35,906 bases of DNA from Candidatus Moraniibacteriota bacterium (GTDB lineage Bacteria; Patescibacteriota; Minisyncoccia; Moranbacterales; UBA1568). Below the pieces are notes generated by a model. It was not told the DNA's origin and did no database searches. It worked only from the letters and a program-made list of their open reading frames with translations. How positions within the stretch are numbered: position 1 is the stretch's first letter; each line of letters starts with the position of its first letter. The position numbers and the translations under genes are program-made. This document shows, in pieces, positions 1 to 8,838 of the stretch. Location: contig JBBQYU010000003.1 of NCBI GenBank assembly GCA_038208355.1, positions 1-35,906 on the forward strand. Direction: 5' to 3'.

Positions 1-91
1 CTTTTCTTACCCTTATCCTCCCTACTGGGAGCCGGAGAAAGAAAATGAAAGTATGAGGAAACGCTCATGTGAAAATCTCTTTGTTTTTCTT
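1..91. repeat. Direct repeat copy A (about 90 bp, may be cut by the window edge)
   Basis: cttttcttacccttatcctccc...ggagaaagaaaatgaaagtatgaggaaacgctca.gtgaaaatctcttt recurs at 288-378 (offset 287) with few mismatches. Confidence 0.9.
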
Positions 92-243
92 TCCTGCGGA
101 GTGAATGGTAACGAAAGTGATGAGTGCGCCGTAAGAAACAGTCAGGAAGCGATGTTTGAGAGCCGGTACCTGACTGTTTCTCGGTCAAACGAGTCACTGT
201 TGTTCAGAAACAAAGTGAGGGAAGAAAAAGAAAGAGATTTCAC
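69..243. other. Long multibranched hairpin element (putative structured RNA or MITE-like)
   Basis: Imperfect outer IR 69-92/222-243; perfect 13-bp IR agaaacagtcagg 134-146 / cctgactgtttct 169-181; hairpin 194-218. Confidence 0.6.
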
Positions 244-287
244 AATGAAAAGATCTCAATGTTTCTCCGCTGTTTCCCCATACTTCC

Positions 288-383
288 CTTTTCTTACCCT
301 TATCCTCCCAGCTGGGAGCCGGAGAAAGAAAATGAAAGTATGAGGAAACGCTCACGTGAAAATCTCTTTCATTTTCTTTCTCC
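288..383. repeat. Direct repeat copy B with an 18-bp perfect inverted repeat overlapping the bcp stop
   Basis: Matches 1-91; ggagaaagaaaatgaaag 321-338 pairs with ctttcattttctttctcc 366-383. Confidence 0.9.
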
Positions 384-848
384 ACCTAATTCTTTTACAT
401 CCCGCAGAATCTCTTCCGCGTGACCATCGGGCTTCACGTTTTCATAAACCTTGGCAATATTTCCCGTGGGGTCAATCAGAAACGACGTGCGCAGAATGCC
501 CATATACTCTCGCCCCATGAATTTCTTCTTGGCCCACACGCCGTACAGCTCCACGACTTTTTTTTCTTCATCGGCCAACAGAGTAAAAGGCAGCTCATAC
601 TTCACAGCAAACTTAGCATGCTTCTTGACGGCATCCGCACTCACGCCCAGCACCACCGTTTTGGTTTTAGTAAACTTAGGAAAGTTGTCCCGGAATTGGC
701 AAGCCTCCACCGTACAGCCCGGCGTATCATCCTTGGGATAAAAATACAGCACCACCCACTGTCCCTGGTAATCTCGAAGAGTATGTACCTTGCCGCTCTG
801 ATCAGGCAAGGAAAAAGCCTTGGCTTTGGTTCCTTTTTTTGGCAACAT
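369..848 (-). CDS. bcp: Peroxiredoxin Q / bacterioferritin comigratory protein
   Basis: YFYPKDDTPGCTVEAC peroxidatic motif and RTSFLIDPTG; start taken at the ATG at 848 (ORF track starts at 860). Confidence 0.95.
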   Translation of the reverse strand: MLPKKGTKAKAFSLPDQSGKVHTLRDYQGQWVVLYFYPKDDTPGCTVEACQFRDNFPKFTKTKTVVLGVSADAVKKHAKFAVKYELPFTLLADEEKKVVELYGVWAKKKFMGREYMGILRTSFLIDPTGNIAKVYENVKPDGHAEEILRDVKELGGERK

Positions 849-885
849 ATTTTTCACCACAATGAATTAAGAGTCAATTTTAACA

Positions 886-926
886 TAAAATATGCGCCCC
901 CGTCACGAACACTGTCGCGCGGGGGC
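886..926 (-). terminator. Intrinsic terminator-like hairpin of the upstream orphan ORF
   Basis: gcccccg 896-902 / cgggggc 920-926 stem followed by a T-rich tract on the minus strand. Confidence 0.5.
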
Positions 927-951
927 ATTCTATCTCCTTAGAGTTGTGACA

Positions 952-1263
952 TCAGGATTTCCCGATGCGTGCGTGGATGGACTGTCTGAGTTCATAGAAC
1001 CCATGCGGGAGAGTTTGTGATCTGCCACCAATCACCTTGAGGATGACCATGGCGCATCCGAAACGGCCATTGTCATGGTGTTGCTTGGCCGTACCAAAAA
1101 GTGCTTCCCCCTCATCGCAAGAAATAGGCACACCTTCTCCGATAACACCCTTCTCTGAATGGGGGCAAAAATCTTCACTGCTATCTTTCAATTTTTCCTC
1201 TTTTCTCTTTTCGAAAACTTCATGAACTCCCACGAAGGGGTCCACATCTATAGCCCCGCACAT
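952..1263 (-). CDS. Hypothetical protein (start uncertain: ATG 1263 or TTG 1191)
   Basis: Open frame between rarA and bcp with a promoter upstream and a hairpin downstream; no recognisable motif. Confidence 0.5.
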   Translation of the reverse strand: MCGAIDVDPFVGVHEVFEKRKEEKLKDSSEDFCPHSEKGVIGEGVPISCDEGEALFGTAKQHHDNGRFGCAMVILKVIGGRSQTLPHGFYELRQSIHARIGKS

Positions 1264-1280
1264 GTCGAGACTGCTTGAGG

Positions 1281-1309
1281 ATGGTAACATGAAAACTATG
1301 CCTCGTCAA
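1281..1309 (-). promoter_or_regulatory. Sigma70-like promoter
   Basis: TTGACG-17-TACCAT with a TGn extension, overlapping the rarA stop. Confidence 0.55.
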
Positions 1310-2543
1310 CCCCGCCGTCCTTCCCTTTTATATCAATATACCTGCGCCCCCGTAAACGCTCAGGAAAATACTCCTGCTTGGCCTCTTTGGCGCTCTTAAA
1401 GTCAGGGGTGTATTTATAGCCCTTTCCATACTGAAGTTCTTTCATGAGCTTCGTCGGAGCATTACGCAAATGAAGTGGCACCGGCTCATTGGGATGCTGC
1501 TGCACATCCTCTTTGGCCTTACCATAGCCGATATACAAAGCATTGGATTTCTTAGACTGAGCCAGATAGACCACCGCCTGCGCCAGATGCACCTCGCACT
1601 CGGGCATCCCCAGCATCTGACAAGCCTGAAAAGCAGCCACTGCCTGGGGCAAAGCGAAAGAGTTAGCCAACCCGACATCCTCCGAAGCAAAGCGCACCAA
1701 GCGCCGAGCCACGTACAGCGGATCTTCCCCGGCTTCGAGCATCCGGGCCAAGTAGTAAAGCGCCGCATTGGCCTCATTGCCACGAAGCGACTTATGCAAA
1801 GCTGAAATGATATTGTAATGCTCTTCACCGTTCTTATCATAGAGTAGATGAGAACGCTTCACGATTTCTTCTACCGTCGGAACATCAATATGCTCTTTTT
1901 TGAGGGCCGCTGCCTCTAGAGTATTAAGCGCCACGCGAGCATCTCCCCCAGAGACTGCCGCCACAAACGAGAGGGCCACGTCATCGGCCACCACTTTTTT
2001 TCCAAAATATGTTTCACTCTCCGTCAAGGCGCGCGTCATCAGGGCTACCAGCGTCTCGCTCGTATGTTGCTCCAATACCAACACCCGAGCACGCGAAAGC
2101 AACGCACTATTCACCTCGAAGCTCGGATTCTCGGTCGTCGCCCCAATCAAAATAATCGTCCCCCGTTCGACGTGCGGCAAGAGACTATCCTGCTGAGACT
2201 TGTTCCACCGGTGAATTTCATCAATAAAAAGTAGCGATTTCTTCCCCTGCGTTTTGTTAGCTTCCGCCTGCTCAAAGATACCGCGCAGCTCTTTGACGCC
2301 ACTGCCCACCGCTGACAATTGAAAAAAGTCCGCCTTGGTTTCTTGCGCAATGAGCAGCGCGAGTGTAGTCTTGCCGCTCCCAGGTGGTCCCCACAAAATA
2401 AGCGACGGCACCTGGTCAGCAACCAGCGCCGCCCGCAAAAAAGCCCCCTCACCAAAAATTTTTTCCTGCCCCAAAAAATCCTCTAGTTTTTGAGGACGCA
2501 GACGCTCTGCCAGCGGGGTGCGGTTGTCAGCAGACTGCTTCAT
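1296..2543 (-). CDS. rarA: Replication-associated recombination protein A (MgsA/RarA AAA+ ATPase)
   Basis: PLAERLRP, GPPGSGKTT, FIDEIHR, GATTENPSF, YDKNGEEHYNIISALHKS, VPLHLRNAPT. Confidence 0.97.
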   Translation of the reverse strand: MKQSADNRTPLAERLRPQKLEDFLGQEKIFGEGAFLRAALVADQVPSLILWGPPGSGKTTLALLIAQETKADFFQLSAVGSGVKELRGIFEQAEANKTQGKKSLLFIDEIHRWNKSQQDSLLPHVERGTIILIGATTENPSFEVNSALLSRARVLVLEQHTSETLVALMTRALTESETYFGKKVVADDVALSFVAAVSGGDARVALNTLEAAALKKEHIDVPTVEEIVKRSHLLYDKNGEEHYNIISALHKSLRGNEANAALYYLARMLEAGEDPLYVARRLVRFASEDVGLANSFALPQAVAAFQACQMLGMPECEVHLAQAVVYLAQSKKSNALYIGYGKAKEDVQQHPNEPVPLHLRNAPTKLMKELQYGKGYKYTPDFKSAKEAKQEYFPERLRGRRYIDIKGKDGGVDEA

Positions 2544-2552
2544 ACTCTTCGC

Positions 2553-3371
2553 TTATCCGATTACCAAAAGCACAGGACAATGGTCAGATCCCAAGACTTC
2601 AGGCAAGATTTTAGCGGCCCGCACTTTTTTCTTGAGACCCTGACTGACCAAAAAATAATCAATACGCCAGCCCACGTTGCGCGCGCGCGAATGAGCGAAG
2701 TGCGACCACCAAGAATAAAAGCCTTTGCCCTGCTGAAACAGACGAAAGGTATCAACAAAGCCGGCCGCAATAAAGTTCTGAAAGCCCTGCCGTTCCTCAT
2801 TAGTAAAACCGTGCTTGCCGACGTTCGCCTTGGGATTAGCCAAATCGTCTTCGGTATGAGCGACATTCAAATCGCCACAAAAAATCACTGGTTTCTTTTT
2901 CTCCAGTTCCTGGCAATAGGCCAAAAAAGCCGGGTCCCAGTGTTTCTGACGAAGCGCCACTCGGCTCAGGTCTTCCTTGGCATTGGGCGTATAGACGGTC
3001 ACCACGAAAAACTCAGCGAACTCGGCAGCAATCACCCGGCCTTCGCTACAGGGATCGCCGTACCCGTCAGCTTCCAGATGAAAACGTTTGACGATATGCG
3101 CCGGAAAATCATTAAATACCGCCTGCGGTTTCATCTTGGTGAAAATGGCCGTTCCGGAATACCCCTTGCGCTCAGCCGAGTTCCAATATTCTTCGTACTC
3201 TGGCAAATCAATCTCGGCCTGGCCCTGCATCGCCTTGGTTTCCTGCAGACACAGGATATCCGGCTGATACTGTTCGATAAACGGCAAAAAAAGTCCCTTC
3301 TTATGGACGGCCCGGATACCGTTGACGTTCCAGGAACACAGGGTCAGTAATTTTTTGGGCATAAGCTTCAT
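2553..3371 (-). CDS. xth: Exodeoxyribonuclease III / AP endonuclease
   Basis: SWNVNGIRA, LCLQETK, GDLNVAH, GWRIDY, SDHCPV. Confidence 0.97.
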   Translation of the reverse strand: MKLMPKKLLTLCSWNVNGIRAVHKKGLFLPFIEQYQPDILCLQETKAMQGQAEIDLPEYEEYWNSAERKGYSGTAIFTKMKPQAVFNDFPAHIVKRFHLEADGYGDPCSEGRVIAAEFAEFFVVTVYTPNAKEDLSRVALRQKHWDPAFLAYCQELEKKKPVIFCGDLNVAHTEDDLANPKANVGKHGFTNEERQGFQNFIAAGFVDTFRLFQQGKGFYSWWSHFAHSRARNVGWRIDYFLVSQGLKKKVRAAKILPEVLGSDHCPVLLVIG

Positions 3372-3405
3372 GTTTACTCTCTTTACATCATACCAGTTTT
3401 CCTCT

Positions 3406-3444
3406 AAAAAAGAAGCGGGCCGCCGTGCAAGATTGCACAGCGGC
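3406..3444 (-). terminator. Terminator-like hairpin
   Basis: gccgccgtgcaa / ttgcacagcggc stem followed by a T-run on the minus strand. Confidence 0.55.
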
Positions 3445-3467
3445 CACGGTTGAACACATTTTCGGGG

Positions 3468-3602
3468 TCAATGACCATGGAGCTGCTCCCAGCTCTCAGC
3501 GGCCATTCTTGTCCCCCACATCGTGCGCTCACGATGCTTTTTCCATGCTTCGCGCACAAACGCTGGCACAATAACCAAACTGAGTAACCATCGAACTTTC
3601 AT
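3468..3602 (-). CDS. 44-aa small protein not in the ORF track
   Basis: MKVRWLLSLVIVPAFVREAWKKHRERTMWGTRMAAESWEQLHGH; AAGGAGG SD 5 nt before the ATG; TATAAT at 3670-3675; terminator downstream. Confidence 0.6.
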   Translation of the reverse strand: MKVRWLLSLVIVPAFVREAWKKHRERTMWGTRMAAESWEQLHGH

Positions 3603-3724
3603 GATTTCCTCCTTGGCCCTAAAAAGGACTTATCTTCCACAATAATCACACCCGTGACTACCTCTTTTTATTATACGCCAAAATCAAGCTCCCACCAAGG
3701 GTAAGAGCACTATTTTTACTTTAT

Positions 3725-4873
3725 TTAAGCCATTTTTCCTTTAAAAGCAACAACGTCCAGCTCATGAAAACGGCGCTGTTTCTCCTCAATAGGGATATCA
3801 TCAATCATCCCCTTGGTGGCAGCCGTACCGGGACGCGGTGAGTACCAAGCGATAAAGGTTTTGACAAAATCTACCCGTTGTACCAAATCAATACTCTCAG
3901 CAAACTGCTCTCGGGTCTCGCCCGGGAAACCAACGATAATATCCGTGGTGAATTGCATAGCTGGTACCGCCGTTCGAATACGGTCAATCAGGTCTAGATA
4001 TTCTTCGCGCGTGTACCAGCGGTTCATTCGTTTCAGGATTTCGTTACTCCCCGACTGCACCGGAAGATGAAGTACCCGATCGATATTCTCATAACGGGCC
4101 ATCACGGCGATGAGCTCCGGCGAAAAATCCCAAGGATTAGAAGAAATGAAAGAAACTTTTTTAAACGACGTCATGGAAGCGATGCTTTCCAAAAGATGAG
4201 GAAACAATGTCGGAATACGATGACGATTAAGGTGCTTAACCATCACCGGATCTACCGCATCGCCGCTCGGTAGCGTATAACGCTCCCCCGTCTTTAGTCC
4301 CTCCATTAAAAAATCTGCCCCGTATGAATTGACGTTCTGTCCCAGGAGCACCACCTCTTCATACCCCTCCTCGGCTATTTTTTCCGCTTCCGCCAGGATG
4401 TCCGCAAAAGGACGTGAACGTTCCTTGCCTCGGGAAAATGGGACGATACAAAAGGCACAGTAGTTATTGCAACCATTAGAAATCACAATAGAGGCCGAAC
4501 GTCCTCGGGCCCGTACGGGTACATGCTCAAAACCCACTTCTTCCAACGGCAAAAATTCCGCATCCGGCAAGCGAGAGGTGAGCCGTTTCATCATCTTTCC
4601 CGATGGTTCACGAGCGGCGGCACCGATGAGACAACCCGTCACCACGATACGCGGAGACTTCTCTCCTAGCTGTGCTTGCAGGCTACGGACCAGACCGTAG
4701 ACTTTTTCTTCCGCCTTATCACGGATGACACAAGTATTCAAGATAAGCACGTCCGCAGCCTCAAGCGTTTCTGCCGGCACGAATCCGCGCGAGCGATAAA
4801 AGCTCTCGATACGCTCCGAGTCAGCCACGTTCTGCTGACACCCGAAAGTTTTGATAAAATATGTTTCAGTCAT
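3725..4873 (-). CDS. miaB: tRNA methylthiotransferase MiaB-like radical SAM enzyme (no TRAM domain)
   Basis: TFGCQQN, NTC and GC of the UPF0004 domain; CNNYCAFC; LLGQNVNSYG; HLPVQSGS; TDIIVGFPGET. Confidence 0.88.
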   Translation of the reverse strand: MTETYFIKTFGCQQNVADSERIESFYRSRGFVPAETLEAADVLILNTCVIRDKAEEKVYGLVRSLQAQLGEKSPRIVVTGCLIGAAAREPSGKMMKRLTSRLPDAEFLPLEEVGFEHVPVRARGRSASIVISNGCNNYCAFCIVPFSRGKERSRPFADILAEAEKIAEEGYEEVVLLGQNVNSYGADFLMEGLKTGERYTLPSGDAVDPVMVKHLNRHRIPTLFPHLLESIASMTSFKKVSFISSNPWDFSPELIAVMARYENIDRVLHLPVQSGSNEILKRMNRWYTREEYLDLIDRIRTAVPAMQFTTDIIVGFPGETREQFAESIDLVQRVDFVKTFIAWYSPRPGTAATKGMIDDIPIEEKQRRFHELDVVAFKGKMA

Positions 4874-4879
4874 AGAGGT

Positions 4880-5929
4880 CTACTGCTCTTTATTTTTTTC
4901 CACCACCAGCTGACCGCAGGCGGCTGCAATATCATCACCCATCGTGCGCCGGCGCATCACAGTCACCTCGGCGTCCTGTAGCTGCTGCTCAAACCGAGCA
5001 AAATCTCCAGGCAAACTGTCACGATAGACGCTCCCGGTAAAGTTATACGGGATAAGATTGATACGCACCTTGCCTACCTTTCGTGCGAAACGAATCAACG
5101 CTTCGGCATGTTCTTTGGTATCATTAACCTTAGAAAGCATCACGTATTCAAAGGTGAGATGCCGCCGCCGGCTATCAAATTTTTCAAAGTAGTCCTTGGT
5201 CCACAGCGCCAGGTCATCCAAAAATCCTGGGAAAGATGTGGGCATCATCTGCTGACGAGTGAGGGCATCCGCACTGTGAAGAGACACTGCCAGGCGCACT
5301 GCCGGCCACTCTGGGTCGGAGAGCAGCTTGCGCAGCATAGGAATCAGACCAACAGTCGAAACCGTAATGCGCGTCATGCCCATATCAGTATGGTGAAGGA
5401 GTGTCCGGAGCGTTTCCTTAACGTGCTCATAATTAGCCAGAGGCTCACCCATACCCATGAAGACCACGTTACTGATCCGTTGTGGAAGCTCCGGCCGCTT
5501 GCCGAGAAAAATCTGCCAAAAACGCACCTGATCAACAATTTCATCAGCAATCAAATTACGAGTGAAGCCCATCGTGCCGGTTGCACAAAACGTACAGGCC
5601 ATCGCACACCCTACCTGGGAAGACACGCACACCGTCCACTGCTCCCGAGCATTTCTCATGAGCACCGTCTCAACGCGCTTGGTATCGACCGTCTCTACGA
5701 CCGCCTTGAACGTGTCTTTTTTCACGCTTTCAAACACCCGCACTTCCTGAATCGAAAGCCATGGGATTTCCTTGGTCAATACCTCGCGCATACCAAGCGG
5801 CATACTGGAAATATCGGAAAAGCTTTTGAACGCAGGGGAAAACAAAGCTTCCTCCATCTGTCTCAGACGAAAAGCGGGTGCCTCAGGGAAAAGCGTTGTA
5901 AATTGTTCCTTGCGGGAGAGTATCATCAT
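4880..5929 (-). CDS. rlmN: 23S rRNA/tRNA m2A methyltransferase RlmN
   Basis: CVSSQVGCAMACTFCATG, VFMGMGEPLAN, SLH, NLIPYN, DIAAACGQL. Confidence 0.93.
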   Translation of the reverse strand: MMILSRKEQFTTLFPEAPAFRLRQMEEALFSPAFKSFSDISSMPLGMREVLTKEIPWLSIQEVRVFESVKKDTFKAVVETVDTKRVETVLMRNAREQWTVCVSSQVGCAMACTFCATGTMGFTRNLIADEIVDQVRFWQIFLGKRPELPQRISNVVFMGMGEPLANYEHVKETLRTLLHHTDMGMTRITVSTVGLIPMLRKLLSDPEWPAVRLAVSLHSADALTRQQMMPTSFPGFLDDLALWTKDYFEKFDSRRRHLTFEYVMLSKVNDTKEHAEALIRFARKVGKVRINLIPYNFTGSVYRDSLPGDFARFEQQLQDAEVTVMRRRTMGDDIAAACGQLVVEKNKEQ

Positions 5930-6040
5930 AACTAAAATACTGTACCCCATTTTTTAGAAAGGGTCAACCGTGTTACCTCATGGAAAAGCTTTCCAGCAAA
6001 ACAAAAAACACCAGCCAAAAAATACCCCTGCTGGTGGTTC

Positions 6041-6370
6041 CTATTTAATGGTCTGACCAGTAAAGATATCCCGTTTGAGTGCCGGAGACTCTTCATGGAT
6101 TCGGGTTTGTTTTTTAAGTCTAGCGACAGTATCCTTGAAAGTTGATTCTTGAAAAACCGTCTCTTTGAAATTCGTCTCCAGAAACTGTTTCTTACTCTCA
6201 TCACTCCACTGATATTGATAGAGGTGCTGATACCAGGAAAAACCACCATACCCAAAGACTATCAAGAAGCCGAGAAAGAACAGCAGTTTATAGTGACGAT
6301 ACCACGAGAACATGGTCTTCTTCATCGAAAAACGCTTGAGCAATTTTTCAAAAAATGACACCTTCCACAT
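6041..6370 (-). CDS. Single-TM hypothetical protein at the end of the pil operon
   Basis: One hydrophobic segment; 6 bp after the pilO-like gene. Confidence 0.65.
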   Translation of the reverse strand: MWKVSFFEKLLKRFSMKKTMFSWYRHYKLLFFLGFLIVFGYGGFSWYQHLYQYQWSDESKKQFLETNFKETVFQESTFKDTVARLKKQTRIHEESPALKRDIFTGQTIK

Positions 6371-6376
6371 AATACT

Positions 6377-7138
6377 TTAGTTTTTATCCAAATAGACTGC
6401 TGTGTCAAAAGAGGCTTCCAGATTCCCTGATACCGGCGTCCCCTGCGACGTTTCTCCGAGCTGAGCACTGCTGCCATCAACCGAAACAGGTACATTCCCG
6501 GGCGTCAAGAGAAAAGGATTTCTCCCGACTCCGACCACTATCGGCTGAGTATCCGATTCCCCTCGATCACGCATACTCACCCCCACTACATCCAAAGCAT
6601 AGGGCAGCGTCTCCATCTTATGCAGAAAGGACACAATACGGACGTATTCACCGCGCACGATGATATCCAGACGCAGGTAGCGATCATAGGGCAAGGTATC
6701 AACTATCGATGCCACCCCTTTGGCCTTACCGGTCGAGTCGTCTCCTGAAGCAACCACCTTCTTTGGGGCTTGCTTGGTAATATTTTTTTCCTGAATCACC
6801 GTACCGTCCTTGGCTTTAATAACAATCTCCACCTTGAGATCCTGCGCCAAACCCTCAAGTATCTTCACAAAATCCACGATATGGTCTTCTGTCAGCAGCA
6901 CATGCAAAGTATTTTCATCGGGCACAATGCTCTCAAACTGCGCACGCAGTTCTGGCAGTTTGCTAACCTGGCGTTCGTGGTTTTCTCGCAGCGTATAAAA
7001 CTGCTGGATAGCGTCAGCCTTCTCAGTAATGAACCCCCGAACGGGCACAATACCCAACCAAAGAATCAGACCCATGCCAGAGAAAAGACTCAACATGACA
7101 GTCAACGGCAGGTATTTTTTGTAAGGGAAATTTTTCAT
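6377..7138 (-). CDS. pilO: PilO-like alignment protein
   Basis: N-terminal TM, coiled coil, GEYVRIVSFLHKME resembling the PilO motif; ATGA overlap with pilN. Confidence 0.65.
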   Translation of the reverse strand: MKNFPYKKYLPLTVMLSLFSGMGLILWLGIVPVRGFITEKADAIQQFYTLRENHERQVSKLPELRAQFESIVPDENTLHVLLTEDHIVDFVKILEGLAQDLKVEIVIKAKDGTVIQEKNITKQAPKKVVASGDDSTGKAKGVASIVDTLPYDRYLRLDIIVRGEYVRIVSFLHKMETLPYALDVVGVSMRDRGESDTQPIVVGVGRNPFLLTPGNVPVSVDGSSAQLGETSQGTPVSGNLEASFDTAVYLDKN

Positions 7139-7701
7139 AGGCCGTATTTTCTCAAACATTCAGGCTGTATTTGAAAGTCGATTTGAAAGTCGATATCCTG
7201 TTGGGAAAAAAGGTTCGAAAGTGGGATATTCACGTCGGTAATGCATTCTGAACCCTTCAAACGCTCATCGAGCAAAAGCAGGTCTTCGCGCGTCGTCGCC
7301 TTGCCTGATAATGAAACGACATACTCTTTGGTGTTAAGCGCGCTCACCGTCACTCCGGGCGGCAACAATGTATCCAACAAGAGGAATATCTGCGTAAAAT
7401 GAAAATGAGAGCGTTCAATCTTCCCAATGGTCAAGACTTGCTCATTCGTGTCACGAAATTTCTTTTCGTATTGGTTCAATTTCTCACCCTGGACAGAAAC
7501 GGGGACGTTCTGATTCGTACCCAAACTCTCCAGACTCCGAAACTGAAAATCCAAGATAAGGTACATCCCAATCAAAATGGTAAAATAAAACATTTCCAAC
7601 AGGAACAAAAGAAACAACTGCCACAAAAGAAAGCGGGAGCGCAGCCGCGTCTGAACCAGATTTTTTTCTTCCTCAGGGAGGAGATTAAGCAAAATCTTCA
7701 T
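7135..7701 (-). CDS. pilN: PilN-like protein
   Basis: N-terminal LNLLP (INLLP PilM-binding motif), TM, LPPGVTV...LSGKA. Confidence 0.8.
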   Translation of the reverse strand: MKILLNLLPEEEKNLVQTRLRSRFLLWQLFLLFLLEMFYFTILIGMYLILDFQFRSLESLGTNQNVPVSVQGEKLNQYEKKFRDTNEQVLTIGKIERSHFHFTQIFLLLDTLLPPGVTVSALNTKEYVVSLSGKATTREDLLLLDERLKGSECITDVNIPLSNLFSQQDIDFQIDFQIQPECLRKYGL

Positions 7702-8779
7702 ATTCGTCCAAACCTCTTAAAGCCAAACCGATAGCTGTCGAATATTGCACCGAATGCCGGCGGTCAATGAGCGGAATCTCTCGACCGAGACGCACATTCA
7801 CCCAGGGGTTACCGAATTCTACCGGCCGTCCCAACCGCCTCGTCATATAGGGCAAAAACCCATTCATATTCGATCCCCCACCACACAACACGATTGAATC
7901 CACCGTTTCCGAATAGCGTAGGTTATTGAGATAAAAATCAATCGATTTCTCAATCTCCACCGCCATACTCTCTAGCACCGGCTCAGCGGCCTTGAGCACC
8001 GGGCTCTTGAGAGCCAGCGAGCCGAGTCCCTGCTTGATTTTCAACTCCTCCGCTTCATCAAAAGAAAGCTGCAAAGACTTGGCAATAGCATCTGTAATCA
8101 TTTGCGAAGAAAGCGGCACGCTCGACGTAAAACAGGGCGTATTGCCAATAGCCACCAAAAAACTGGTACGCCGGTCGCCGATATCGACAATAAGCGTCGT
8201 CTTTTTCTCATTTTTTTCCGCCAAGAGGCTTCTGGCTTGAGCGACAGATTCTGTCTCCAGGCCCAATACCTCTAGGCCGGCACTCTCCAATACCGTTCGA
8301 AACTGGTCAACGACATTGCGAGCGACTGCCACTACCAAGACACTTATCTTGCCTTTCTCTTGGGTGAGATTCAAATCAAGAACCTGCCAATCATAATACA
8401 CCTGGTCCAACGTCAGCGGGATATTGGCCTCTATCTCCCACTTGATAGCCTCTTTCACCTCATCCTCATCCATTTTGGGTAAGGCGATAATCCGCGAAAA
8501 GGCTTTGGTTTCAGGCAGCGAACAGATTACCTGCCTGGTCTTAATTCTCTTCGGACCAGATTTTTCCAAAAGACTGACAATCGCGCTCCTCACGGCCTCG
8601 GCATCCATAATCTCTCCATCCACCACACTACCCAGAGGCAAAGGCACGGAGCCGAAACTAGCCACCGAGTCGCGCTCCCCAGCCTGATTCAGCCAGACAA
8701 TTTTTAGTGAAAGATCACTCAAATCAAGACCAAAAGAACTCGGAAACAAATCAAAAATTTTCTTATGTAGGATATTCAT
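7685..8779 (-). CDS. pilM: Type IV pilus assembly protein PilM
   Basis: FGLDLSD, IVDIGD, LCGGGS, NPW, AIGLALR (actin/FtsA-like). Confidence 0.93.
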   Translation of the reverse strand: MNILHKKIFDLFPSSFGLDLSDLSLKIVWLNQAGERDSVASFGSVPLPLGSVVDGEIMDAEAVRSAIVSLLEKSGPKRIKTRQVICSLPETKAFSRIIALPKMDEDEVKEAIKWEIEANIPLTLDQVYYDWQVLDLNLTQEKGKISVLVVAVARNVVDQFRTVLESAGLEVLGLETESVAQARSLLAEKNEKKTTLIVDIGDRRTSFLVAIGNTPCFTSSVPLSSQMITDAIAKSLQLSFDEAEELKIKQGLGSLALKSPVLKAAEPVLESMAVEIEKSIDFYLNNLRYSETVDSIVLCGGGSNMNGFLPYMTRRLGRPVEFGNPWVNVRLGREIPLIDRRHSVQYSTAIGLALRGLDEYEDFA

Positions 8780-8838
8780 TTATTTTTTTCTTGGTGTTGT
8801 CTGCCTCTATATCATAACACAATTTTCCATCGTTTTCT

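Noticed and set aside
1-383. CRISPR array
   Set aside because: The unit is about 90 bp with about 200 bp between copies, there are only two copies, and no cas genes are present.
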